A stretch of 64,000 nucleotides of DNA, taken from Veleropilina oligotropha (taxonomy: Eukaryota). The stretch is from NCBI GenBank assembly GCA_048128005.1, contig JBEUKZ010000100.1, forward strand, positions 248,001 to 312,000. Reading direction: 5' to 3'. The notes beneath the pieces are model-generated. The model saw nothing but the letters and a program-made list of their open reading frames with translations, did not search any database and was not told the DNA's origin. Shown here in pieces: positions 9,701 through 23,000 of this stretch. The stretch's first letter is position 1. Every line of letters begins with the position of its first letter. The position numbers and the translations under genes were made by a program.

Positions 9701-9909
9701 ACTGTGTGTGCAGACTCGTATCAGCCCCCAAGGCCAAATTTATAATGCATGATTTTATTATTAATTGTTTTATGGTTTATGTATTGCATATATATGTGTA
9801 GATTATCACATACATTTTGGTTTTACATACAGTGATTGTAAAATATATTCGTGAATTTCAGTACAATATAGTTGTTTTTCAAGTTGAGATAGTGTTTGTT
9901 GTTCATAAA
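6709..9909. repeat. 1261-bp direct tandem repeat, about 2.5 copies (starts 6709, 7970, 9231)
   Basis: Near-identical sequence recurs at a 1261-bp period; the ORF track repeats at 6934/8195/9456 and 7671/8932. Confidence 0.95.
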
Positions 9910-9911
9910 CC

Positions 9912-10815
9912 CACAGTTATAGTCTTACTCGCATTTCAAGTAATAGCCTTACCCGCAGTTCAAGTAATAGTCTTACCCGCAGTTCAAGTAATAGTCTTAC
10001 CCACAGTTCAAGTAACAGTCTTACCCGCAATTCAAGTAATAGTCTTACCCACAGTTCAAGTAACAGTCTTACCCGCAGTTCAAGTAATAGTCTTACCCGC
10101 AGTTCAAGTAACAGTCTTACCCACAGTGCAAGTAATAGTCTTACCCGCAGTTCAAGTAATAGTCTTACCCGCAGTTCAAGTAATAGTCTTACCCACAGTT
10201 CAAGTAATAGTCTTACCCGCAGTTCAAGTAATAGTCTTACCAGCAGTTCAAGTAATAGTCTTACCCGCAGTTCAAGTAATAGTCTCACCCGCAGTTCAAG
10301 TAATAGTCTTACCCGCAGTTCAAGTAATAGTCTTACCCGCAGGTCAAGTAATAGTCCTACCCGCAGTTCAAGTAATAGTCTTACCTGCAGTTCAAGTAAT
10401 AGTCTTACCCGCAGTTCAAGTAACAGTCTTACCCGCAGTTCAAGTAATAGTCTAACCGGCAGTTCAAGTAATAGTCTTACCCGCAGTTCAAGTAATAGTC
10501 TTACTCGCAGTTCAAGTAATAGCCTTACCCGCAGTTCAAGTAATAGTCTTACCCACAGTTCAAGTAATAGTCTTACCTGCAGTTCAAGTAATAGTCTTAC
10601 CCGCAGTTCAAGTAATAGTCTCACCCGCAGTTCAAGTAATAGTCTTACCCGCAGTTCAAGTAATAGTCTTACCCGCAGTTCAAGTAATAGTCTTACCCGC
10701 AGTTCAAGTAATAGTCTTACCCTCAGTTCAAGTAATAGTCTTACCCGCAGTTCAAGTAATAGTCTTACCGCAGTTCAAGTAATAGTCTTACCCGCAGTTC
10801 AAGTAATAGTCTTAC
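9912..10815. repeat. 24-bp minisatellite (GCAGTTCAAGTAATAGTCTTACCC)n, about 37 copies, derived from the adjacent exon/intron junction
   Basis: Direct inspection. The minus-strand unit GAACTGCGG-GTAAGACTATTACTT matches exon end GAACTGCAG plus donor GTAAGA. Confidence 0.95.
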
Positions 10816-11012
10816 CTGCAGTTCTGTCACTTGACATGTTAATGATATTCCTTCCTGCTTGTAGAAATTTTCTGCATAGATAATCACTTCATCACAAGAA
10901 TCCTTCGAGGTATCACAGTGGGTCTCCCCGACAAATTCCAGTAAAGTTGGCGACTTGTTGAGATTTATGGAGCAATCTTCACTCGCAAAGTCATCATGAC
11001 AGTCACACACAC
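10816..11012 (-). CDS. VWDE-like exon B13 (GVCDCHDDFASEDCS...YAENF...LTC)
   Basis: cgaag/gtaaga, 197 bp; paralogous to 38025-38215. Confidence 0.85.
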
Positions 11013-14000
11013 CTTCGAAATAATACAAAAGGCAGAAAAATATTGGAACTTACTGCAAGTTCCTGATCTCACTAAATAACCAAAGAAAATGTCACACTTG
11101 AAAGTCTATACATAACATCCCATATCATGCATGAAAGTGATAAACAATACTAACTTTATTGATATCAGGCATTTTCGCCTTTGGCAGACTAAAAAACATC
11201 TAACGTTGTGGGACTATGTACACTATATAATTATACCCCGTGAGTCACTATTCTATGAGATCAAAATTCGATACATATGACACTGGTCCTCCAAAATATC
11301 AAAGACTTGAACAATAATTAAAAGGACTGAATGTATTTGTACTCTGTGTGCATGCTAGGTGTGCATGCAAGGTGTGCGTGCTCGGTGCGGATGCTAGGTG
11401 TGCATGCTCGAATTTTATAGAACTCTCAGTCGTTATAATTAATGTCGATTATTTATTATCCAATTTCTTCTTCATTTACTTTTTAATATTGAAAGGTTTA
11501 CTATTGTTTACAAGTGTTTATAATGATGACCCGTGACTGAAATATATCCTCATGAAAATAGACACCCAGGGGTGCAGTTAATTATTTTTGTGCACTAATC
11601 ACTTGGACTATAACATTGATAGTATTCCTTCTTACAATTGTACCCATCAGCATAGAGTTAAGAACAATCACCAATGTCCCCTCTTGATCGGACAAAAAAT
11701 TACACTAAGAAAGGCAACAATCATAAAAAGAACCCTGTTCCTATTCAGGTCAGAAAATGTTTCATTCTTAAAGAAAGCAGAATCTCAAAGGAAAGCAAAA
11801 AAGATAATAAATATATCTGGATCCAGCGCAGAATACGCAGAATAATCATTATATAAATCAGGGGAAGGACACGCGATGGACCCTGAAATACAACAGGGTT
11901 ATCCACTTACCATTGTTGCATGTGCCACTCTCGCTGCATTCGTTGACGCACAATTCACCAACAATATTCGCTGGGGGGAATACATTAACGCCTTCAGTGA
12001 CCCATAACGCCACATTGGTCGTCACTTCTACATAACATTCTTGCTTGAAATTGTCAAGAGCGGTATTCAGCCAATCAAATGTGTCTGATATCTGTAAGAA
12101 CAACATCAAAAATATTACACCCTTCAGGGTCCAAAATATGACATCATATGCCGGCGCGCGCCGGTTAACTTTGCTTTGCGCCTGTTAGTTTGGGTGTCTA
12201 GTCGGCCCGCGTGACATGTTAATATTTTATTTACCAATGTTTAATATTGTCTTCAGTGATAGAAAAAAACAATCTCCCACATCGTGCAATGCACAACACA
12301 GCCAGTCGCACGTTCCCCTAGTTCGCGTACATGTCAATTTTGGCGACCACAGATAGCAAAAACATCGATAGTTATATATTAAATTACAAGCCTGAATATT
12401 TCTTTTTGGCGATTAAACTAATTATGTAAGTTACTATTAGCTTTTGTTTGAGCTGTAACAATTTATTCCAAATCCTGTTCACTGTTAATGTTAGGCAGTA
12501 TACATGTTATGTCCAACAAAGTTCATTCGCATTCAGCTTTATATTACTTTCGAATTCAGCCAGCTGTTTTATCAAGCATTGTAATCATGAGTGGTCTCTA
12601 AAGTTAAACATTGCAGCTTCTAAAATATCTTGTGCATTGCTATTAGGCTAGCCACTGTTAAATTAAATAAATTACTGGAATTAGTTTCGTTTCTTGCACA
12701 CTAAATTCCCAGCCTCATATGCAAATTATCTAGCTCAGCAGGTGTGACCTACTTGCTGTAGAGATGAATGAGTCTTTGATCTCCTTGAAGTGGGTACTGT
12801 TATTGATAAACATGATGTCAGGCTGTTTCAGAAAATTCAACAAACCCATGATGATGGTCGTTCTCGCGATTAATCCGCCGCAAAAACTACGACGTCACTC
12901 GAGGTTTCCGACGTGCCAGAATCCACACAATAACTGATAACATTTTTATTATATGCCACAAGTTTCTTATTAAATTGAATCAAAAGATTATGGTAATTTT
13001 AGTCACGAATCTGTAAGGGAGGTTGAAAGAGTATAGGACTATTGGAAGTAGTTCCAATTATTTGGCAGCCATTTTGAATATATAAGCAGGAGACGTTTTC
13101 GGAATCGATATTAGCTGTGTCCGTGATACAGGGTCTCGGAAAACTGCGCGAGAATAGGCGTCAGAAAATGACTGGCATATAATAATGATAGTTAGCTAAT
13201 GTCACAATGGAAGATATCTTGCATGCACAAATTAACCATATACCTTGCAGAATCATGTTTTTTTAATACAAATGTACATACACACATATTATCTGATAGC
13301 ATTTAACATTTAAATATAATATTAAAGCCTATTATTTAAAAGTAAAAGAATGAAATAAATAAAAAGCAGTAATTTATTATGTTAACAAATCACAAAATTT
13401 AATGTTTACTACAACTGCCTTTATGAATCTTATATAAAAGCTGAAAACCGGGACCTGCTAACTATTGAGAAGACCTGTTAGATGTAATGCCAACAGGTCT
13501 CGGTGAGTCTGTGACCTGTTAGAAAATCCAAATATTTTGACCCCTGCCCATGTTCACCAAAACCAACGTTTTCACAGAGTATTCAGTCCTAAACCATTGT
13601 TGTGACATCATTCTATTATCTTGGTGCGTGGTTTAACCAACCATATTGTTAGTTCAACTACGGTTAACTACTTTCTTCCACTAAAAATAAGTTTATTAAA
13701 ACCACACATTAAAAATTACTTGCAATGGTTTAAGTTGCTTAAATAACATTTTTGTTGTCTAATCAGAGAAGCACATGCAGTTAAACCACGAGACTTAACA
13801 TTTGCATCATGGACGATGTATCAATATGAGATCAGACCTGAACATCTGCAATGCAGGAGTTGAGAGAGAAGTCAATGGAGATCGTGGTGACGACTGCACA
13901 CGTCTGAGCAGATGCCGTTACCGTCAGTAGAGTCTGGCAACGCTGTCGTGCCTCCACCTCCGTAATGGTCAGCCATGTAAGAGGCTAAAATAGAATCAAA

Positions 14001-17000
14001 CATTACTATAGGAATATTCTATCAATGATTGGAAACATTTATTTGGCAACTAGACCTTAAAACATTTCATGAAGAGTAATGGCATTTTGAAAAGGGATTT
14101 GTAATCGGGGAGGGGGGACAAAAAAACACAATTACGGTTTGAAAAATACATGCTATTAGTTTAATTCTTATAGATGGACCAATGATAGACCTAATTGATT
14201 CCATAAATCAACAAGAGCAATCAGAGGAGATTGCAAACCCTTGCCACGGGGGCCGAGGAAGATGATGGTGAAAGTCAGAAATGTCTACGATCAATATTTC
14301 TAAACATGAATTACAATCATAAAATGTAATCACAAATTATAAAAAAAAACGAATAACATTTAAATAAAAAAATAATAATATTTTGTACGTAACGGGAGTC
14401 GAACCCCTGACCTCTAGATCTCTCGCCAATACCTTAAAGTTGCATTGCCAGTAAGTGGCGAAAAACGCTTTTAATTTTAAACCCTAGACCGCAAACGTAT
14501 TTAAACTTTGCAATTTTTCCAAAAAATTCTATAGACCGAGTTCCTGAAGCGCCTATGAATTAAAAGAAAAAAATAATGAAACCGGACCCGGTTTTATTAT
14601 TTGAGTGACTAACAGTCGTCGACAAGAATTTCATGAAGTTGGGCACTGTCGAAGTTAACTTGGGATTTGTGGACAGTTGAGCTGCAAACTTATCACTAAT
14701 TAACTATTTTACAGTACTGTCATGTCGCATACAATTTCGATAAATTAATTATTGGTATTTGACGTAGCGTCTGCATGTTTCGATATCATGGCATTAGTAG
14801 TATTTAAAGAGGTATCACAGATATCGCAACATCTCTACGATTTTGACTTCGGGTCAAAAATTATTGCTACAAATTCGCTCAAACACATAAAGTATATCGA
14901 TAACGGTTGTAGATAATGTCCCACTCTGTCAATTGGTAAAATTTGAGGAGTCTGGTTTCAGCGGTTACAGATTTACGGCATTTATTTGCAATTTGCTTTG
15001 GTTGATTTATAAAATTCTTATAAAGTTCACATTTCACATTATTTTCTAAATATTTTTGCTGATATCAATATAATTTCATCATGACTATGATTGGCATAAA
15101 GGAATTTATATAATTTAATTCGATTTGTCGAAATTAGAAATTGACCGCTTATTTTTTAAATTTTAAACCCCCCCCAGGCGGCCATCTTGTGTGAGATAGA
15201 TTCTATATAATTCATGTTTTCGAGTTATGCGAATGGACATACATACATATACATACATACAGACATACATACATACGGAGCCGATTGCAATACCCTCGCC
15301 TCTCCTTCGGAGGCGAGGGTAATTATGGACGCCCTGTCATAGGATTCCAATGTTCACTAATAATCATGAAAACTAGAACTGCTATCCATAGGATAACAAA
15401 TACCTTCGGAGGCGAGGGTAATTATGGACGCCTGTCATATGATTCCAATGTTCACTAAAAATCATGAAAACTAGAACTGCTATCCATAGGATAACAAATA
15501 CCCCCCTCTCCCCGCCTCATATGTATTATACAAACTATCAGTATAAAATGCAATGAATAGGAATACAAAAAATAGACGGAGAGACAAACGGACAGATGGA
15601 CAAACAGGATAATTCCATTGGGCTAGGAGAAATAGACCTGCTGCAAAATGAGAAACCATGAACAGTCTCTTAAAAGTAGTCTTTCGTAGATTTTGGATGA
15701 AAGTCATAACAGAAAGATCAAAGGTCATAACTAAAAGGTCAAAGGTAATTCTGGGAAAAATCGCTCCAGATGCACAACTACATGATGAACTGATCAATAT
15801 GCCCAGTGTCAATGAAATATAAAGCAGGTTGGGAGTAGTCTGGACAAGTTAATAACAGACAATGTTTAGAAGTCCAGAGGTCACTATGTCAAGGCCAAAG
15901 GTCATACCGAGAAAATTTGTCGCCGTTGCACAACTACATGATGTATTGATCATGTATGCCAAGCGTCGATGAAATATTCCCAGCAGGATGGGAGGAGTAG
16001 TCCGGACAAGTTAATAACAGGCAATGTTTAGAAGTCCAGAGGCCACTATGTCAAGGTCAATGGTCATACCAGGGAAATTTGTCGCTGTTGCACAACTACA
16101 TGTAGTGATCGTGTATGAAAAGGGTCGATGAAATATTCCCAGCAGGTTGGGAGGAGTAGTCCGAAGAAGTTAATAACAGACCATATTTAGAAGTTCAGAG
16201 GTCAATATGTGAAGGTCAAAGTTCAAACCGGGAAAATTTGTCGCCGTTGCACAACTACATGATGTAGTGATCATGTATGCCAAGTGTCGATGAAATATTC
16301 CCAGCAGGTTTGGAGGAGTAGTCCGGACAAGTTAATAACTGACAATGTTTAAGTCCTGAGGTCACTATGTCAAGGTCAAAGGTCATACTGGGAAAATTAG
16401 TTGCCGTTGCATAACTACCGTACATGATGTAGTGATCATGTATGCCAAGTGTTGATGAAATAATCACAGCAGGTTGGGAGGAATAGTGCGAACAGACAGA
16501 CGGACGGACAGGGTGATCCCAATATACCCCCTAATTTTGTTACGGGGGTATAATAATCACCACAAAGCACAACTCAACTCAAAACAGATTGAGACATCAA
16601 TGAGCATAAAAACACTCACATAATGGTCTGGATTGAATCGATGCTTAATGTCCTGTATATATTTACAATCTTTAGGTTGAAAGCAGGATATGTCCATATT
16701 ATCACGGGACGAACACAAGGTCGCCCGGGGAAGGTCGCCCGAGGAAGGTCGCCCGGGGAAGCCCGCTCTCTCCGCCAGTTACGGACAACTGCGAATGTTA
16801 ACTGAACAAAGAATGTCATGTCATGAACCCATTCCTGTTGATTAGCTCAATCGAACCAGTGAGTCGGTACTCGAGACCACCCGACTACAGGAGCGACCAC
16901 AAAAAGAAGGTAGACATCCTTTTTCTGGTAAGCTATATATAGTTATTATTTGTATAGATTATGCAGCTATTCAAAAGTGAACTGCCCATAATACAACCGC

Positions 17001-20000
17001 AAATTACCTCCGGTATAAATTCAATGTTGTATTCAAATATATCAGTCTGTGGTCGAATAATCCGACATTTGTCTGGAAATTTGGAATACAACAAGAGGCT
17101 GGCCGTGATGTCAGTTAGACCTGTAAAAATAATGAGAAAATTAAGATGGCTTGATAACTAACTACATGTAATGAATTTGATTGGTTAAACAGCAATTGAG
17201 GATATTTAATCAATTAAATGAAGACAGAACAAAAACGCTGTGTGACAACCCACAAGAATGTAGGCCTAACCATTAAATTTCATATAATATCAATACTAGA
17301 GTATATCATGTAAGTGGCATCAATACAGGTCAGCTGACATCGAAGCACATATAGGGTGTCCCCCAAAAATGTCCCCATTTTGACTCTGCATATTGAACCA
17401 TTAAAATATTTTGCAAATGTGACAAAGTCATGTTTTCTTGTTCCAGAGAGGTGCAAGTTTTGTTTGACATCCTGTGGTCATATTGAGACTTCTTGCTCTT
17501 CTCAAAAAGTGTATAACACCAATTCTATATGCATTAATTGACACCCTCATCCTCGTCAAGCATTGGACAGGAGATCAAATCAGATATTTGTTGAAAAGTT
17601 TTGACTGGTGACTGCACCTGTGATCATCACAGCGGCCACAATGGTAGTAGGTGGACTGGTTGTAGTGAAGATAACGTGGAAATTGTGGAGCCGGTCACTC
17701 GCAGTTCCTTAACATCAGTGCGTCTAATCTTAGTTCATACAAACAATTAATCGATTTGGCACATTCTAAATTTAGGGAAGATATCCATGCCTTCCAAAGC
17801 AAACTTCAGTCAGAATATTAATTTGGTGAACAGCAAAAAACTAAAAGACTTGAAATTTGAGAAATATAAGAGGAGTCAAATTTTCTAAGGTAGTGGCACA
17901 TGACAGATGAATGTCACCCTCATTTATCCGGAGTTGTGAACATGCAAAATTGCAGATAATGGGAAATTGATAGATATGATAAGGGAACCGAAAAAATCCC
18001 AAGATCTGTGTTGAAGTTACCATGTGGGTAGTCATTTAGTGGTCTAGTATCACTGGCCCCTATATGGTTGTACATGTGTTGATGCATTCTGTTATCGGTC
18101 AACGATGCGGATGCATGGAACATTTTGTGTAAAACACAGCTAGAGGTGTGAGAAAATTCTTCCAGGACAAATCAGCTTCGTTAAAAAATGATAAAAGACA
18201 AAATTTCCATCTGTATTCTTCATACAATGATTACATGACAAAAACTTCCATCTTTTTGCTTCAAAATCCATCTCATTATGTTGGCCAAAAATAAGTTTGC
18301 GTCCATCAATTTTTGGGGACACCCTGCATATGCCAAAAGTGCCTTGAGCAACCAGCATGCACACAATGCAAAAACTCTCTACCCAAAAGCACCAAATTTC
18401 ATCAATATTTATTCATACACGATCAGCATCTCAGGTGACATCAATACATGTACAACCAATACCAATGCATATAACAGAGGAAGAAAGCCAGAGTGTCCAG
18501 GAGTTACTGTCAGTCTTCTTTGTGTGGCATATGTATCATATTTATACTCAATGATAGCATTCAAATATGAATGTCTGGTGTGCAGTTGGCTACTCAATTT
18601 AACCCTAGTATGCGGTTAAAACTATAATATGGAAAGATAAATATTATTTGGTTAAAATTATATAATAACATATATAATAACTAAAAAATAATAGTGTTAT
18701 AATATATGTGTATGTTATATGTATAGGTTAACCAACGAGGTACTGTGCACTCATGTAAAATAATTCACGCGGGCCGACAGGCCCAAGTGAATTACTGTAC
18801 ACAAATCCACAGTCCCAAGTTGGTTAACTTACTTAATCCATTTTGACATCACTTGTTATGTTTTACTTGTTAAACATTAATATATACCAAAAATCGCCAG
18901 TTTAAAAAAAATAAGAAACATACTTTGTGCTATTATACCGGCATGCAAGGTGAATATTTTGTGTCACGATGATGAAGATTTCAAAGCACGCTTCAGCTGT
19001 TTGACCAGAGCACACGTGGGATTTACCTCTATAGAGAGCATTTATATTGCAAATATATATTGTATTTATCGACATTTCTGTGATATAATATTTAAATAGC
19101 TCTCGGTGTTCGCTTCAAAGTGAAGCAATGGAAAATCATTCATATGAACAACAACATTATACATATGGAGTTTTAATTGCCAGACCCTTCTGGACGTTAA
19201 ACGTTAAACTCTTTGGATACTGTATATGCTGCGTTAAACATGCTTTCCTCAGATTCTGAAATGGAATCCTCCATAGCATGGAATTAATGCACATAACGCT
19301 TGTTTAATTGGTCTTTTAAGTGGACACAAAGGAATTACAACCGTTGATTCGTGTAGAATAATCAAAAGTTACAAAAAAAGAAAACTAGGTCAAAATGGAT
19401 TAAAATAAGAATATCAACTGATCAGGTAATCAATGTGTATCAAAATATAAACAAGAATAATCAACCAGCAAATTTTTATACTTCATTAAATCATTAGCAA
19501 TGGTCTAGACACAACACTTTACTAACATGGTTATACTTGCTACTACATGCACACATTAGAACCGATGAGACACGAGTCTCATGAGTTACGGTATCAACTT
19601 TTTCCAAAATATTACACAATTCGACAAAATCTGGGACAGACAACATCTCCGGCAAACACAACACGCCCAAATAAAAGCTCGGACAAACACAACATTCACA
19701 TACAGAACTCAGACAAATACAGCATGCACAAACTAGACTTTGACAAACACAACATTCACAAACTAGACTTGGACAAACACAACATGCATAAACTAGACTC
19801 AGACAAACACAGCATGCACAAATTAGACTCAGATAAACACATCATGCACAAACTAGAGACTCAGACAAACACAACATCCACAAACTAAATGCAAACATAA
19901 AATAGACAAATCAAAGTATCTAATATTATATTGCTACTATAACTGGAGTCTGTAACAGAACTATAAATTACGCTACATTAATTAATATATTACAAAATTA

Positions 20001-23000
20001 AAACTGTAACGCTACTTCATTACATGCACATGAACATACTTACGGGTTTTGTTTATCATAATTTCTGTTATAAAAAAATTATGCATGAAATTGGCATATA
20101 AATAGTTATGAACTGAAATTCTCTCCTGTACAATCATATAAGTCAATAGAAATTTGATTGTTGCTTAATACCCAATTTAATTCCCTGTAGACTCACGCCT
20201 AGACATGCACATGTCCATGTTAGTGCTGGAGGAAAGCTTAGACACCCACCCCCAGCCAGTTATGGACCTGTTACCGTGTCTGAATTCCTGTGCCTGGACA
20301 TCATACCTGGCCGACAGTATTGAAATATTCACCTTGTGAATCATCAATAAACATGTATGTACAATAAAAATTCTTGTTGATTTTCGTTTTTAAGTCATTT
20401 CATGTATAGTAGTTTTAGTTGAAAATAATCAACAGTATTCTTTACATCAATATTATATGAACTCATCATTCCAAATCAAGTTGTTTACAACCATCACTAG
20501 TTTAACAAGAGTTCGTGTTACTTGTCACACAACAACAGGACTTACCAACGTCTTGCACTGAGCACGTGGACACATCTTTTCTTGCTCGACAATCTGTATC
20601 CACACCGTTGGAGCAGATACAATATACATCAGATGCGTTCTCATCGGAGGGCATATCATCAACCCCAGTCTTGGAGCAATATCCATTGTACAAAGTCTCA
20701 GATATGCCAACCCTGTATCAATCAATCAATCAATCAAAGATTTATTTAGCTTAAGACATTTATACAATAGCAGTGATTCGCAAGTAATAGTGCGGTATAC
20801 ATATAATACAAAGACATAATTTTGCTACTGTTTACCAATACATGTATCATTAAGTATAAGCTAGGAGACCCATCTAGAAACCCGTTGGGCTTGTGAAGCG
20901 ATGGGACACCTGAAGTATATGATATTGAATAGACATTTTAGAGTTTATGTTGTGGATATATATTATGACTAAATTAGTTTGTTTTTCGGGTTTTTTTTGT
21001 TTTTTTTGATAATTATTTAATGAGTTGATGAAGAGTTAATTTAAATTTATGTGCTGACGCCAAGAGTCGAGGGTGAGATAAGTATCCATTAACATTTTCT
21101 TATATAAGTGTATAAACGAATATTGGGATTTTGCTTGCTTTAATTTAGCTGGTAATGCATTCCATATAGTTGGGCCAGAAATTTTAATAGTAAACTGTCT
21201 ACATTTGGTTCGACAAAGCTCCGTGTGATAATTTATGCTTGATCTAGTGTAATGTTCGTGTAATTCATTGTTTAAAATGAAGTAGTTGCAGAAGCTTAAA
21301 GGAAGCATTTTTCTATGAAATAAAAACATAAATTTTGCTTTTTGTAGCTTGTTTAAATCGAAGAGTGTCAATAATCCAAGCTTGTGGAAGATGACATTGG
21401 TGTGCGCACGATAATGAGAACATATAATTATTCGAACAATGCGTTTTTGAACAATGAACAATTTGGACAATCGAGATGGATAAGTACTTGCCCATATAAC
21501 GTTACAGTAAGTAAGATAAGGCAGGACTAATGTACAATATAGAGTTTTTAAAATTCGCAGTGGGACATACGCTTTAATTTTATTTATTATACCTGAGGTT
21601 TTAGACACTTTTTTCGTCACTATAGATATATGATGAGACCAATTTAGGTTTTCATCTATCTGAACTCCAAGAAATTTCAATGAAGTTACTCTATTAATAA
21701 TTGTCTCGTCAATTTTTATAACCGAGTCATCTACAGTACGCCTATTTTTGTTGAAAATTATATAGTTTGTCTTTTTTATATTGAGAGATAGTTTGTTTGC
21801 CTTAAACCATGTAGCGAGGTGCTTTAATTCAGAATTTATCGTATTTAATAAATGTTCAAAGTTGGTGTGTGTAAAGAAGATATTTGTATCATCAGCAAAT
21901 AATATGTATTTTAATACATCAGACGAATTACACATGTCATTTACATATAATATAAAAAGTAGAGGCCCAAGAATAGAGCCCTGTGGTACACCACATTTTA
22001 TCGATTTAATGGACGAATTATAATTATTATAGCTTACGAACTGTTTTCTATTAGATAAGTAACTATTGAACCATTCTAGTTGGATACCCCTTATTCCATA
22101 GTGGTGTAACTTGTTTACCATTATTGAGTGGTCAATGGTGTCGAATGCTTTTGAAAGGTCGATGAAGATGCCAGCTGTGTATTTATGTTTGTCAATGCCT
22201 GAAGATATTTGATCTATTAATTCTAAGAGAGCCATATACGTAGAATGGTTTGCCCTAAATCCATATTGATGCCGATACAGTATATCTTGTTTTACTATAT
22301 AATTATTTAATCGATCATAGACCAATCGTTCAAGGATTTTAGAGAAACACGGAAGAACGGATATAGGTCTGTAGTTTGAAAACAATTTATTGTCACCACT
22401 TTTGAAAATAGGTTTCACTTTCGCTATTTTTATTTGATCAGGTACTATACCTGTTGTCATAGATAGATTAAACATATGTGCTAATGGTTGTCAATATTTC
22501 TTTTGTAATGGTTGAACAGATATCGTCGTGACCAGAGCTTTTTACGTTTTTTAAGGTTGTGCCAATTTTCTCAATTTCATGCTTTTCCGTCGGAAAAAAA
22601 TAAAAGGAGTCTGTATAATTTCCTTTTAAAAATGATGTGAATGGTTGAGATGCAGAAGGAATCTTTGATGATAAAGTTTGTCCAATATTAGTAAAATATT
22701 CGTTAAAAGTATTGCTTATTTCAGTGGGATTTGTAATTGTTTTGTCGTTGTGTGTGAATAATTGTGGTAAATTTTCACATTTTGTATTTCGATTTATTAT
22801 TCTCTTAATTTCTCTCCATGTCTGTTTGAGGTCGTTTTTTGCAATTTCGAAACGTAGTGTGTTGTAATTTGTTCTTGCGATTCGTATTAAATGATTTAGC
22901 TTATTTTTATATTTTACATACTTTGTTCGGGTTGTTTCAGTTCTTTTATTAATATATTCTCTATAAAGTTTATTTTTTTGCCTCGATGATATCACGAGGC

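Noticed and set aside
9817..10624. 212 aa and 235 aa repetitive ORFs (VQVIVLPA / LLELRVRL)
   Set aside because: By-products of a 24-bp stop-free minisatellite.
12127..13546. hAT-like element with CAGGG termini
   Set aside because: Only a short imperfect inverted match and no target-site duplication found.
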